64,000 bases of DNA, taken from Oceanispirochaeta sp. (GTDB taxonomy: Bacteria > Spirochaetota > Spirochaetia > DSM-2461). The DNA lies in NCBI GenBank assembly GCA_963663385.2, contig CAXXXD010000002.1:512001-576000 (forward strand). The letters are read 5' to 3'. The notes beneath the pieces are model-generated. The model was not told the DNA's origin. It worked only from the letters and a program-made list of their open reading frames with translations, and did no database searches. This document shows, one piece after another, positions 8,965-17,565 of this stretch. The position numbers were made by a program, and so were the translations under genes. Position 1 is the first letter of the stretch. Every line of letters starts with the position of its first letter.

Positions 8965-10098
8965 ATGACTGAGAGATATACACCCCGGGAAAGGGTGGCC
9001 CTTATACTGAATCATCAAGAAGCGGACCGGGTCCCTCTGGATATCGGTTCTACCGCCGGCAGTTTTACCAATACCACTTTTAAGATGTTGAAAAAGCATT
9101 TCGGGATTACCTCAGAGGATCTTGTGCCCCGGCCCGATGCCAGTGCCGCCTATTACAACGACGATCTGCTGGAAGCTCTGGGCAGCGATTTCAGACATAT
9201 TTTTCTTATGCCTCCCGATTCCTGGTCCTTTGAGCCGGATGAAAACGGGACAACCCGCAGTGAGTGGGGCATGGAAAAAAGAAAAATAGAGGGGCTGACC
9301 GAAATTGTGAGTGCTCCCCTGAAAGATGCGACAGTTGATGACCTGGCATCCTATCCCTGGCCCGATCCGGAAGATCCCGGCCGGGTACGGGGACTGAAAG
9401 AGAGGATTGAACACCTCTACAACAACACCGATTACGCCCTGGCCAGCCGGGCTGTTTCTCATGGGTTTTTCGAACTGGCCTGGGAGCTCCGGGGGATGGA
9501 GAATTTTATGGTGGATATGCTGGTGGACAGGGAGTTTGCCGAGGCTCTGCTGGATAAGACCCTTGAAATCCAGATGGGCCTGTATACGGCTCTTCTGAAA
9601 GATGCCGGTCCTTATCTTCAAGTGGTGGAAACCGCCGATGACTATGGGATGCAGACAGGTCCCCTTATGTCGGTTGAACTTTTCCGGGAGCTGATCAAAC
9701 CCAGGCGTAAAAAACTCAACGAACATATCAAATCCCTGGCGCCCAACTGTAAAGTATTTCACCATACCTGCGGTTCTGTTTTTGATCTGCTGCCGGATCT
9801 GATGGAGGCGGGGGTGGATATCCTTAATCCCTGTCAGCCTTTGGCGGCAAAGATGGATTCGGAAGGACTGAAGAAGGAGTTTGGAAACAAAATCTGTTTT
9901 CACGGAGCCATTGATGAGCAGGCTGCTCTGCCTGGTACGATCGAACAGCTTGAAGCGGAAATCGAAAAGAGAATCGATGCTCTCTCTCCGGGAGGCGGCT
10001 ACATTGTTGCCTCCACCAGTAATATACAGGATGACACTCCCCTGGAGAATATCCTGTTTTATATTAAGAAAGTAAAAGATTACGGGGTCTATAGATGA
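8965..10098 (+). CDS. Uroporphyrinogen decarboxylase / MtaA-CmuA superfamily protein
   Basis: TPRERV..ILNHQEADRVP, DDYGMQ, HHTCG, FHGAID, GGGYI. AGGAG RBS before ATG 8965. Confidence 0.88.
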   Translation: MTERYTPRERVALILNHQEADRVPLDIGSTAGSFTNTTFKMLKKHFGITSEDLVPRPDASAAYYNDDLLEALGSDFRHIFLMPPDSWSFEPDENGTTRSEWGMEKRKIEGLTEIVSAPLKDATVDDLASYPWPDPEDPGRVRGLKERIEHLYNNTDYALASRAVSHGFFELAWELRGMENFMVDMLVDREFAEALLDKTLEIQMGLYTALLKDAGPYLQVVETADDYGMQTGPLMSVELFRELIKPRRKKLNEHIKSLAPNCKVFHHTCGSVFDLLPDLMEAGVDILNPCQPLAAKMDSEGLKKEFGNKICFHGAIDEQAALPGTIEQLEAEIEKRIDALSPGGGYIVASTSNIQDDTPLENILFYIKKVKDYGVYR

Positions 10099-11231
10099 GC
10101 CCTGTCATGGCTCCGCGGGAGAGAGTCCTCGCGGCGCTCGATCACCGCCAGCCGGACAGGGTCCCTCTCTACTTTGGGGGAACCTCAACCTTTATGACGG
10201 ATACCGCTTACTTCAGGGCTCTGAAAGAGTGGGATCTGGGTGAGCCTGTAGAACCCTATCGCTGTGGTCATACGGGTAACTATGTAGACAACCGTATCCT
10301 GGAATTCCTGGGAGTGGATGTCCGTGTGCTGCAGATGAAGATCGGTCTGGAAGTTCGAAGGCTGTCAGACCGTACGGTTAGAAGCGATTGGGGGATTCCC
10401 CTGAAAATGGTAGACGGGTACGGATCCCGTATTAATCCGCCCTTTGAATCTCTGAATCCGGAATGCCGGCCGGATGAGGCCCTGGAGGCGTTGTGTCGCC
10501 ATCCCTGGCCCGACGGGGGGGATCCGCGCAGGGTAAGGGGACTGAGAACGGCAGCTTTACAGTTTCTGGATCAGGGCTATGCCCTTGTGGGCCGGTCTCC
10601 CCAATCCGCCTCCTTTCTGGAGTATGGCTGCTGGCTGCGGGGGGATGCCAATTTCTATATGGATCTTATGCTGAACAGGGAATTTGTTCATGCCTTGTTT
10701 GACAGGATCTATGATGTTCAGAAAAAATTCTATGAATCCCTTTTGTCAGAATGCGGGGATCTCCTGGATATTGTGGAAACCTCGGAGGACTACGGTACTC
10801 AGAGCAGCCTTCTGATTTCTCCGGATACTTTCCGGGAGTTTATTAAACCCCGTCGGGAGAGGCTGAACAGCTTTATCCGGAGCAAAAGCCCGGAAATAAA
10901 GATACTCCACCATAGCTGTGGAGCCATTGAGACAATTATCCCGGACCTCCTGGATACGGGAATCGACATTCTCAATCCGGTCCAGCCCGGGGCGGGAGGG
11001 ATGGATCCCTCCGCTATTACCGAAAAATACGGGAAACGATGTTGTTTCTGCGGTGGTATCGATATGCTGCAGGCCGTATCGGGAACCAGACAGGAAGTTG
11101 AGGCTGAAGCCGCCCTGCGTATAGATCAATTCCGGGGGAGGGACGGAGGTTACCTTCTAGGCACCTCCAACCACATCCAGTCTGATACGCCTCTGGAAAA
11201 TCTGATCTGTCTGTATAAAGCAGGAAGATAA
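10095..11231 (+). CDS. Uroporphyrinogen decarboxylase / MtaA-CmuA superfamily protein (second paralog)
   Basis: PRERVLAALDHRQPDRVP, EDYGTQ, HHSCG, ILNPVQ, FCGGID, GGYLLGTSNHIQ. Confidence 0.88.
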   Translation: MSPVMAPRERVLAALDHRQPDRVPLYFGGTSTFMTDTAYFRALKEWDLGEPVEPYRCGHTGNYVDNRILEFLGVDVRVLQMKIGLEVRRLSDRTVRSDWGIPLKMVDGYGSRINPPFESLNPECRPDEALEALCRHPWPDGGDPRRVRGLRTAALQFLDQGYALVGRSPQSASFLEYGCWLRGDANFYMDLMLNREFVHALFDRIYDVQKKFYESLLSECGDLLDIVETSEDYGTQSSLLISPDTFREFIKPRRERLNSFIRSKSPEIKILHHSCGAIETIIPDLLDTGIDILNPVQPGAGGMDPSAITEKYGKRCCFCGGIDMLQAVSGTRQEVEAEAALRIDQFRGRDGGYLLGTSNHIQSDTPLENLICLYKAGR

Positions 11232-11360
11232 TCGAATCTCTTTTCACCCCCTCCTCCGGAGGGGAGGCTTTGTTTAAGGCTTTGCTGTATTTACGGTTCT
11301 GTTGATGAGTAGTCTAATCCATTCAGAGTCAGAGTTGTCCCGTCAGCGGAGAGAGAATAA
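11158..11360 (+). repeat. Right (gene-overlapping) copy of the ~205 bp direct repeat
   Basis: Covers the 3' end of the URO-D gene, the intergenic hairpin and the 3' end of the convergent lipoprotein gene. Matches 2004-2208. Confidence 0.95.
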
Positions 11361-11752
11361 GTAACCGTAGTGGCTTCAAAATCATCAGCCGCTTCTTCTG
11401 CGGCTTCTTCTGCTGTGTAATCATCATCTGTTTCCAGATAAACAGCCCATTCTTCTTCACTGCCGTACCATTTATTTCCGTCACTCATGGCTGTAGGTGT
11501 CATAAGAAACTGGGTATCCGAAAGTTTCTCAATATCCCCTTTTTCTGAGGGATAGTATCCATATCCGGGAATCCCCGCATCATATTGATAGTCTGTGTCT
11601 GTCATATCCAGTCTTGAAGTTACTATGAAAGAGAAGTACCAGGTACCCGCATAATCTTCATTCATGGAAGCACTTTCGCTTTCACTTCCGGAGCAGGACA
11701 TAAAAAACAGGACTGTAATAACAAGTAAAGTGACAGATAGAATTTTTTTCAT
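11291..11752 (-). CDS. Small acidic lipoprotein, unknown function
   Basis: MKK + hydrophobic core + FFMSC lipobox-like site, YAGTW motif, very D/E-rich. Confidence 0.8.
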   Translation of the reverse strand: MKKILSVTLLVITVLFFMSCSGSESESASMNEDYAGTWYFSFIVTSRLDMTDTDYQYDAGIPGYGYYPSEKGDIEKLSDTQFLMTPTAMSDGNKWYGSEEEWAVYLETDDDYTAEEAAEEAADDFEATTVTYSLSADGTTLTLNGLDYSSTEP

Positions 11753-11954
11753 ATTTTCTCCAAATTATTTTTTGACTCTATTAAGTAAGTCTTAGGATAT
11801 ATGAATTATAGGGTGTGCTTCGATGGAAAAACAGCAGTTTTTCATAAAAAACAATGAATAACGGGATCTTCTTTTTTCATAAAGGAGAGCCGGAGGTCTT
11901 CAGGAGGGACAGTCGGATTGGCACTTGGCAGAGTTGCGTACTATAATTTTATAT

Positions 11955-12476
11955 ATGAGAGAAGTTCGCCTGAATGAGGATCTGAATAAACAGATCAAAA
12001 AGATCATGCCTTTCCGCTTTATGGATTCCGCACCGTCGGACTTTCTGGTGGAGCGGTCGGAAATTCTTCAGTTTGAAGAGGGTGAGACTATTATCCGTCA
12101 GGGAGAGGTGAATCAATCTTTTTATTCCATTATCGAGGGGAATATCAGTGTGACTGTTGCCAATGACGACGGCAGCGAGAGCTTTATAAGTACCATCGGT
12201 GCCGGCGAGGTATTTGGCGAAGCCGGCATTTTCCTGAAAGTCCCCCGCACAGCCAATATTGTCTGCAGCAGCGCTACCCGGGTAGTGATGATACCCAGGA
12301 AGAGCATTTTAAAGCTGATCCGGGAATTCCCCGAAAACGGAAATAAATTCCTTATGATGATTATCTTCAGTCTGCTTCGTAAATTGAAAGGTTCCAATCA
12401 GGAACTGGCGTATGAGCGGAAGGATGATGCCAATCAGGACGATATTGATACACTGGTTCAGGATCTGCTTGGTTAA
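11955..12476 (+). CDS. Stand-alone cyclic nucleotide-binding (Crp/Fnr-type cNMP) domain protein
   Basis: GETIIRQGE, GEVFGE and PRTANI phosphate-binding cassette; no obvious HTH. Start uncertain (11925 or 11955). Confidence 0.85.
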   Translation: MREVRLNEDLNKQIKKIMPFRFMDSAPSDFLVERSEILQFEEGETIIRQGEVNQSFYSIIEGNISVTVANDDGSESFISTIGAGEVFGEAGIFLKVPRTANIVCSSATRVVMIPRKSILKLIREFPENGNKFLMMIIFSLLRKLKGSNQELAYERKDDANQDDIDTLVQDLLG

Positions 12477-12596
12477 AATCTCCGCCGGGCAGGATAAATC
12501 AACTGGACCGACGGAGATAGTACCGGGAATCGTAAACCGGAGAAATATATTGTCCTCCGGATTTTCCGAATTGGCAAGGGGATTTCTATCAATTTT

Positions 12597-13763
12597 TCAC
12601 GGAATCATCAAGCCTTTGAGATAATCTTCGTCTCCCATTTTTTTCAGAGTATCCAGTAGTCCGTTCAGGTCTGTTTTATGGGTATACATCCTATGAAACG
12701 GGATTGTTTCATGCCGTTTCAGGATTTGAAAAGCCTTATCGAAAGCACCCGGGTGATTAGCGCTCATTCCCAGGATTCTGGCGTGTTTGCTGCAGATCAG
12801 CCTGGCCGGGTCAAAGGATATCTCCCTACCCTGATTAACCATATTTCCCACTTCCACATAGGTTCCCAGGCGGCGCATCATCTCAAGGCCGTCGACAAAG
12901 GTATTTATATTATTGGAGCACTGAAGAACAACATCCGCCCCGCCGTCGGTCAGATCCCTGACCATCTCGATCCGTTCCTGCCGGCTGTACTGATGGTAAT
13001 CAATCAAATGGTCCGCTCCCGCAATTTCTCTGGTCAGATCAAGGCGTTTCTGACGGCTCCCGATCATTATAACCTGCTGAGCTCCCATCAGACGGCAGAC
13101 CAGAGCGGAAAGGACCCCGACCTGTCCCGATCCGATAATTACAACCCGGGAACTTGTGGTCAACCCGGCTTCCATTACTCCCGGGCTTGTCTGGGCCAGC
13201 TCCACAGCCCGGACTGCTACAGCCAGGGGATCCAAAAGGGCTGCGATTTCAGAAGGCATATTTTCAGGGATCTTCCAGACATATGTTTCCGGGAAGACAT
13301 AGGTATATTCGGCAAATCCGCCCATGAAATGGGGCCAGCGGCTGATATCGGAACTGATGGTTTCCTCCCCCTCCAGACCCAGTTTGGAGTAGGGAACGCC
13401 GTATACAAAGGAGTCATCGCAGGTTGTGCAGGTTCCGGGACGGTGACTAAGGCAGCCCTGACACTTTCCGCAGGTTATCCAGGGGTAGAGTACAATCCTG
13501 TCTCCCTCCTTCAGGGGGCCCCCGTAAATATTGAGGCTTCTGTTTGCCAGTTTTCCCATCTCAGTTATGGTTCCTGCAATTTCGTGACTCATAATGGCCG
13601 GGTAGGGAGGGATATCCTGTATCAGATGACCGTCTGTTCCGCAGATTCCCGCAGCATCCACCTGAAGAAGCATACCATCCTCTCTGACTTCCGGAAGGGG
13701 GAGGTCACGGATTTCTATATTATATTTATCGAGCCATACGGCTGCTCTGCCGGTCTTTGCCAT
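12597..13763 (-). CDS. Zn-binding medium-chain dehydrogenase
   Basis: GICGTD, SHEIAG, structural-Zn CGKCQGC...C, GSGQVG. Confidence 0.92.
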   Translation of the reverse strand: MAKTGRAAVWLDKYNIEIRDLPLPEVREDGMLLQVDAAGICGTDGHLIQDIPPYPAIMSHEIAGTITEMGKLANRSLNIYGGPLKEGDRIVLYPWITCGKCQGCLSHRPGTCTTCDDSFVYGVPYSKLGLEGEETISSDISRWPHFMGGFAEYTYVFPETYVWKIPENMPSEIAALLDPLAVAVRAVELAQTSPGVMEAGLTTSSRVVIIGSGQVGVLSALVCRLMGAQQVIMIGSRQKRLDLTREIAGADHLIDYHQYSRQERIEMVRDLTDGGADVVLQCSNNINTFVDGLEMMRRLGTYVEVGNMVNQGREISFDPARLICSKHARILGMSANHPGAFDKAFQILKRHETIPFHRMYTHKTDLNGLLDTLKKMGDEDYLKGLMIP

Positions 13764-13790
13764 TTTATTACCCTCTTTCTGTTTCAAATC

Positions 13791-13945
13791 TTAAGTGTAT
13801 TAAAACACCTGTCAGTTGGCTTGTCAATTTTTTCCTTCGGGGAATATATAAATAATGTAATCGATTGCATTTTATCGGAATGTAGATGAAAATAGAGAAA
13901 GTGGAAAAAACTTGACAAATTTGTTTTAGTGTATTAGAACACTAA
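13791..13945. promoter_or_regulatory. Divergent sigma70-like promoters, each overlapped by a GTGT-N6-ACAC palindromic operator
   Basis: Minus strand: TTGACA (13827-13822), 17 bp, TTTAAT. Plus strand: TTGACA at 13912-13917. Operators agtgtattaaaacacc (13794-13809) and ttagtgt-attaga-acactaa (13926-13945). Confidence 0.7.
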
Positions 13946-13974
13946 GATATACTTTATAAATTAAGGAGCTTAAT

Positions 13975-14409
13975 ATGCTGAATGGAATACCAAAGATTCT
14001 GTCCCCCGAACTGGTAAAAATCCTGATGGAGATGGGCCACGCCGATGAAATTGTTATTTCCGATGGGAATTTCCCTGCTGTTACATGCGGCCAGAGAGTT
14101 ATCCGGGCCGATGGTCACGGCGTTCCTGAACTGCTGGATGCTATCCTGACCCTCTTCCCCCTGGATACCTACGGAGACGAGGTTCCGGTTTCCTTAATGG
14201 AAGTAACTCCCGGTGATCCCGTGGAGACTCCCATCTGGGATGAGTACAGAGAGGTCATTAAAAAACATAACCCCGGGTTCAGGGATTTCAACTTTATCGA
14301 ACGCTTTGAGTTCTATGAAAGAGCCAAGAAGACTTTTGCCATAGTTGCTACCGGAGAAGCGGCGCTTTATGCAAATATTTTACTCCGCAAGGGAGTTGTG
14401 GTAGACTAA
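13975..14409 (+). CDS. fucU: L-fucose mutarotase (RbsD/FucU family)
   Basis: MGHADEIVISDGNFP, LFPLDTY, ERFEFYERAK, TGEAALYANILLRKGV. Confidence 0.92.
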   Translation: MLNGIPKILSPELVKILMEMGHADEIVISDGNFPAVTCGQRVIRADGHGVPELLDAILTLFPLDTYGDEVPVSLMEVTPGDPVETPIWDEYREVIKKHNPGFRDFNFIERFEFYERAKKTFAIVATGEAALYANILLRKGVVVD

Positions 14410-14437
14410 ACCTTAAAAATAATCGATAGGTGGTCTT

Positions 14438-15484
14438 ATGAGCAGTCAGGGCAGCAGCAAACTTCCGAAAATCCTGATTCTTGATACGGGAGGTACCATC
14501 AGTCAGAAACCGGGACGGGACGGAACGCTGGTTCCCTGTACAACCGACTATATCGAGATGGTTCCCCGGCTGCATGATATTGCCCGGATAGAACTGGAGC
14601 GCCTGGAGCGGATGGACAGTACGGATATGTCCACCGCACTCAGGGGCCGCATCGCTTCCCGAATCGCCGGTGAATACGGTAATTATGATGGTTTTGTTGT
14701 CCTTCACGGAACGGATACCATGGCCGATACGGCGGCGGCTCTTACCTATATGCTTAAAGGACTGGGGAAGCCGGTTGTATTAACCGGAGCCCAGCTCCCC
14801 ATATTTGCTCCCGGCCCGGACGGGATGAATAACCTGTTCTACTCGGTTAAAGCGGCCGGCATGGATCTGGGAGAAGTGGTTATCTGCTTCGGCGACCGGA
14901 TCCTCCGGGGCTGTCGATCCTCCAAGGAAAACGTCAACGGTTTCAATGCCTTCGGTTCCCATCGTATACCGCCCCTGGGCGAACTGGGGGTGACTGTTCG
15001 TTTGCTGAATCATCGCATTCCCCGCAGCACATCCACTCCGAAGCTGTTTACAGACTTTGATTCGGGGGTCTGTTATCTTCCCATGTCCTCCGGTTCAACC
15101 CTAAACATGCTGGAGTCCCTGGCCCAATGGAAAGACCTGAAGGGTCTGGTTGTGGGCGGATTCGGTACGGGAAATATACCTTCCATACAAATGGCCGGAT
15201 TGGAGAAAATCTTGAACCGGAGCATCCCTGTGGCGGTTGTGACAACCTGTCTTCAGGGGGATACCATCCTGGATCAGTACGAAGTAGGGCAGGTGGTTAA
15301 AAAAGCCGGTGCAATGGAAGGCCTTGATCTTACCCCGGTGTGTGCCGTTCAGAAGCTGATGTATGCCATTGGCCTGGCCGATTCTGAAAATCAAACGGAT
15401 TCTGATCCGGATAAACGACGGCAGAGAATCCATGAAATCTTTCAAACACCTGTTGCACTGGATATGGCCCTATCCACGAACTAG
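14438..15484 (+). CDS. ansA: L-asparaginase type I family
   Basis: TGGTI, DSTDM, VVLHGTDTM, PVVLTGAQ, GFGTGN; no signal peptide. Confidence 0.88.
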   Translation: MSSQGSSKLPKILILDTGGTISQKPGRDGTLVPCTTDYIEMVPRLHDIARIELERLERMDSTDMSTALRGRIASRIAGEYGNYDGFVVLHGTDTMADTAAALTYMLKGLGKPVVLTGAQLPIFAPGPDGMNNLFYSVKAAGMDLGEVVICFGDRILRGCRSSKENVNGFNAFGSHRIPPLGELGVTVRLLNHRIPRSTSTPKLFTDFDSGVCYLPMSSGSTLNMLESLAQWKDLKGLVVGGFGTGNIPSIQMAGLEKILNRSIPVAVVTTCLQGDTILDQYEVGQVVKKAGAMEGLDLTPVCAVQKLMYAIGLADSENQTDSDPDKRRQRIHEIFQTPVALDMALSTN

Positions 15485-15490
15485 GGATTG

Positions 15491-15592
15491 TTCCTCGGCT
15501 ACTTCCACTCCGCTCAGCACGGCGTCCGCTCGGAAAGCTGTTTGGGGTGTTGCGGGATTAACAGATAGGCTCCGTTTCTCGGCTCCGCTCGA
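15491..15592. repeat. Cluster of short CTCGRCT-N-CGCTC motifs (second REP-like family)
   Basis: cttccactccgctcag at 15502-15517, ctcggctccgctcga at 15578-15592, an interrupted copy at 15493-15535, and a related ctcgactacgctcgg at 5608-5622. Confidence 0.5.
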
Positions 15593-15628
15593 CAGGCTAA
15601 ATCCCTTATATGACCTCTCTGATCTTAG

Positions 15629-15820
15629 CCCCTCTCAATCCGGACCCCTCTCAGTCGGACCCCTCTCAGTCTCCCCTCAGGGGAGAAGTTGTATAGTTTC
15701 CCCCCCCCTTAAACGGAAGACTCAATACATTTTTCCCCTCCTGGACCATCCATTTATCACTATTAGGGAAAGTAACAATATATTTTCCCCCTCCCTGAGG
15801 AGGGGGCCAGGGGGAGGTCC
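15629..15820. repeat. Repeat unit R1 (left hairpin motif, spacer, right hairpin motif)
   Basis: ggacccctctcagtc stutter, tctcccc-tca-ggggaga hairpin, then ccccctcc-ctga-ggaggggg-ccagggggaggtcc. Confidence 0.95.
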
Positions 15821-15883
15821 TGAATTGGTCTGATTTTCCCATATATTTGAATCAGAACAGAGCGATTTCCTGTAGATAGTAAT

Positions 15884-16276
15884 ATGGATGATACACAAGT
15901 AAAACCGAATTATATAACTGCAAAATGCTCAATGTATAAAAAGTTAAGAGAGCTTCAGACACTGCAAAGAAAAAAACCAACCAGAGCTGAACGTGTAATG
16001 TGGGAACATCTACGGAATAAGAAATGTGGTTTTAAAATCAGAAGGCAACATATTATTGATCGATATATAGTCGATTTTGTTTGTCTTAGTGTACAGTTAA
16101 TTATTGAAATTGATGGAGAAATCCACAGAAATCAGAAAGAGCAGGATTTGCAGCGTACTGAGAGACTCATTGAACTCGGATATGAAGTTATGCGTTTCTC
16201 AAATAAAGATGTATCTAAGGATCCAAATGCTATCTTTGTAAAAATTAAAGAGAGGCTGGAGGACATGAATCAATAG
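15884..16276 (+). CDS. DUF559 / Vsr-like endonuclease, copy 1
   Basis: PTRAERVMWEHLR, KIRRQH, YIVDFVC, LIIEIDGEIH, QDLQRTERL..LGYEVMRFSN. Confidence 0.9.
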   Translation: MDDTQVKPNYITAKCSMYKKLRELQTLQRKKPTRAERVMWEHLRNKKCGFKIRRQHIIDRYIVDFVCLSVQLIIEIDGEIHRNQKEQDLQRTERLIELGYEVMRFSNKDVSKDPNAIFVKIKERLEDMNQ

Positions 16277-16280
16277 AAAA

Positions 16281-16470
16281 CCCCACTTAGTCGGACCCCT
16301 CTCAGTCCGGACCCCTCTCAGTCTCCCCTCAGGGGAGAAGTAGTATCGTTTTCCCCCCTTAAACGGAAGACTCAATACATTTTTCCCCTCCTGGACCATC
16401 CATTTATCACTATTAGGGAAAGTAACAATACATTTTCCCCCTCCCCGAGGAGGGGGCCAGGGGGAGGTCC
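16281..16470. repeat. Repeat unit R2
   Basis: Near-identical to R1, R3 and R4. Confidence 0.95.
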
Positions 16471-16533
16471 TGAATTGGTCTGATTTTCCCATATATTTTA
16501 ATCAGAACAGAGCGATTTCCTGTAGATAGTAAT

Positions 16534-16926
16534 ATGGATGATACACAAGTAAAACCGAATTATATAACTGCAAAATGCTCAATGTATAAAAAGTTAAGAG
16601 AGCTTCAGACACTGCAAAGAAAAAACCCAACCAGAGCTGAACGTGTAATGTGGGAACATCTACGGAATAAGAAATGTGGTTTTAAAATCAGAAGGCAACA
16701 TATTATTGATCGATATATAGTCGATTTTGTTTGTCTTAGTGTACAGTTAATTATTGAAATTGATGGAGAAATCCACAGAAATCAGAAAGAGCAGGATTTG
16801 CAGCGTACTGAGAGACTCATTGAACTCGGATATGAAGTTATACGTTTCTCAAATAAAGATGTATCTAAGGATCCAAATGCTATCTTTGTAAAAATTAAAG
16901 AGAGGCTGGAGGACATGAATCAATAG
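16534..16926 (+). CDS. DUF559 / Vsr-like endonuclease, copy 2
   Basis: 130 aa. Differs from copy 3 by K->N (RKNP) and from copy 1 additionally by M->I. Confidence 0.9.
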   Translation: MDDTQVKPNYITAKCSMYKKLRELQTLQRKNPTRAERVMWEHLRNKKCGFKIRRQHIIDRYIVDFVCLSVQLIIEIDGEIHRNQKEQDLQRTERLIELGYEVIRFSNKDVSKDPNAIFVKIKERLEDMNQ

Positions 16927-16930
16927 AAAA

Positions 16931-17105
16931 CCCCTCTCAATCCGGACCCCTCTCAGTCTCCCCTCAGGGGAGAAGTAGTATAGTTTTCCCCCCTTAAACG
17001 GAAGACTCAATACATTTTTCCCCTCCTGGACCATCCATTTATCACTATTAGGGAAAGTAACAATACATTTTCCCCCTCCCCGAGGAGGGGGCCAGGGGGA
17101 GGTCC
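16931..17105. repeat. Repeat unit R3 (one 15-16 bp stutter unit shorter)
   Basis: Same unit with only one ggacccctctcagtc copy, which explains the 635 vs 650 bp period. Confidence 0.95.
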
Positions 17106-17168
17106 TGAATTGGTCTGATTTTCCCATATATTTTAATCAGAACAGAGCGATTTCCTGTAGATAGTAAT

Positions 17169-17561
17169 ATGGATGATACACAAGTAAAACCGAATTATAT
17201 AACTGCAAAATGCTCAATGTATAAAAAGTTAAGAGAGCTTCAGACACTGCAAAGAAAAAAACCAACCAGAGCTGAACGTGTAATGTGGGAACATCTACGG
17301 AATAAGAAATGTGGTTTTAAAATCAGAAGGCAACATATTATTGATCGATATATAGTCGATTTTGTTTGTCTTAGTGTACAGTTAATTATTGAAATTGATG
17401 GAGAAATCCACAGAAATCAGAAAGAGCAGGATTTGCAGCGTACTGAGAGACTCATTGAACTCGGATATGAAGTTATACGTTTCTCAAATAAAGATGTATC
17501 TAAGGATCCAAATGCTATCTTTGTAAAAATTAAAGAGAGGCTGGAGGACATGAATCAATAG
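17169..17561 (+). CDS. DUF559 / Vsr-like endonuclease, copy 3
   Basis: 130 aa, same catalytic-type motifs intact. Confidence 0.9.
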   Translation: MDDTQVKPNYITAKCSMYKKLRELQTLQRKKPTRAERVMWEHLRNKKCGFKIRRQHIIDRYIVDFVCLSVQLIIEIDGEIHRNQKEQDLQRTERLIELGYEVIRFSNKDVSKDPNAIFVKIKERLEDMNQ

Positions 17562-17565
17562 AAAA

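Noticed and set aside
11917..11940. Sigma54 promoter (ttggcac...ttgc) before the cNMP gene
   Set aside because: GG-to-GC spacing is not the required 10 bp.
12678..13889. 403-aa plus-strand ORF
   Set aside because: Antisense shadow of the Zn dehydrogenase; no recognisable domain.
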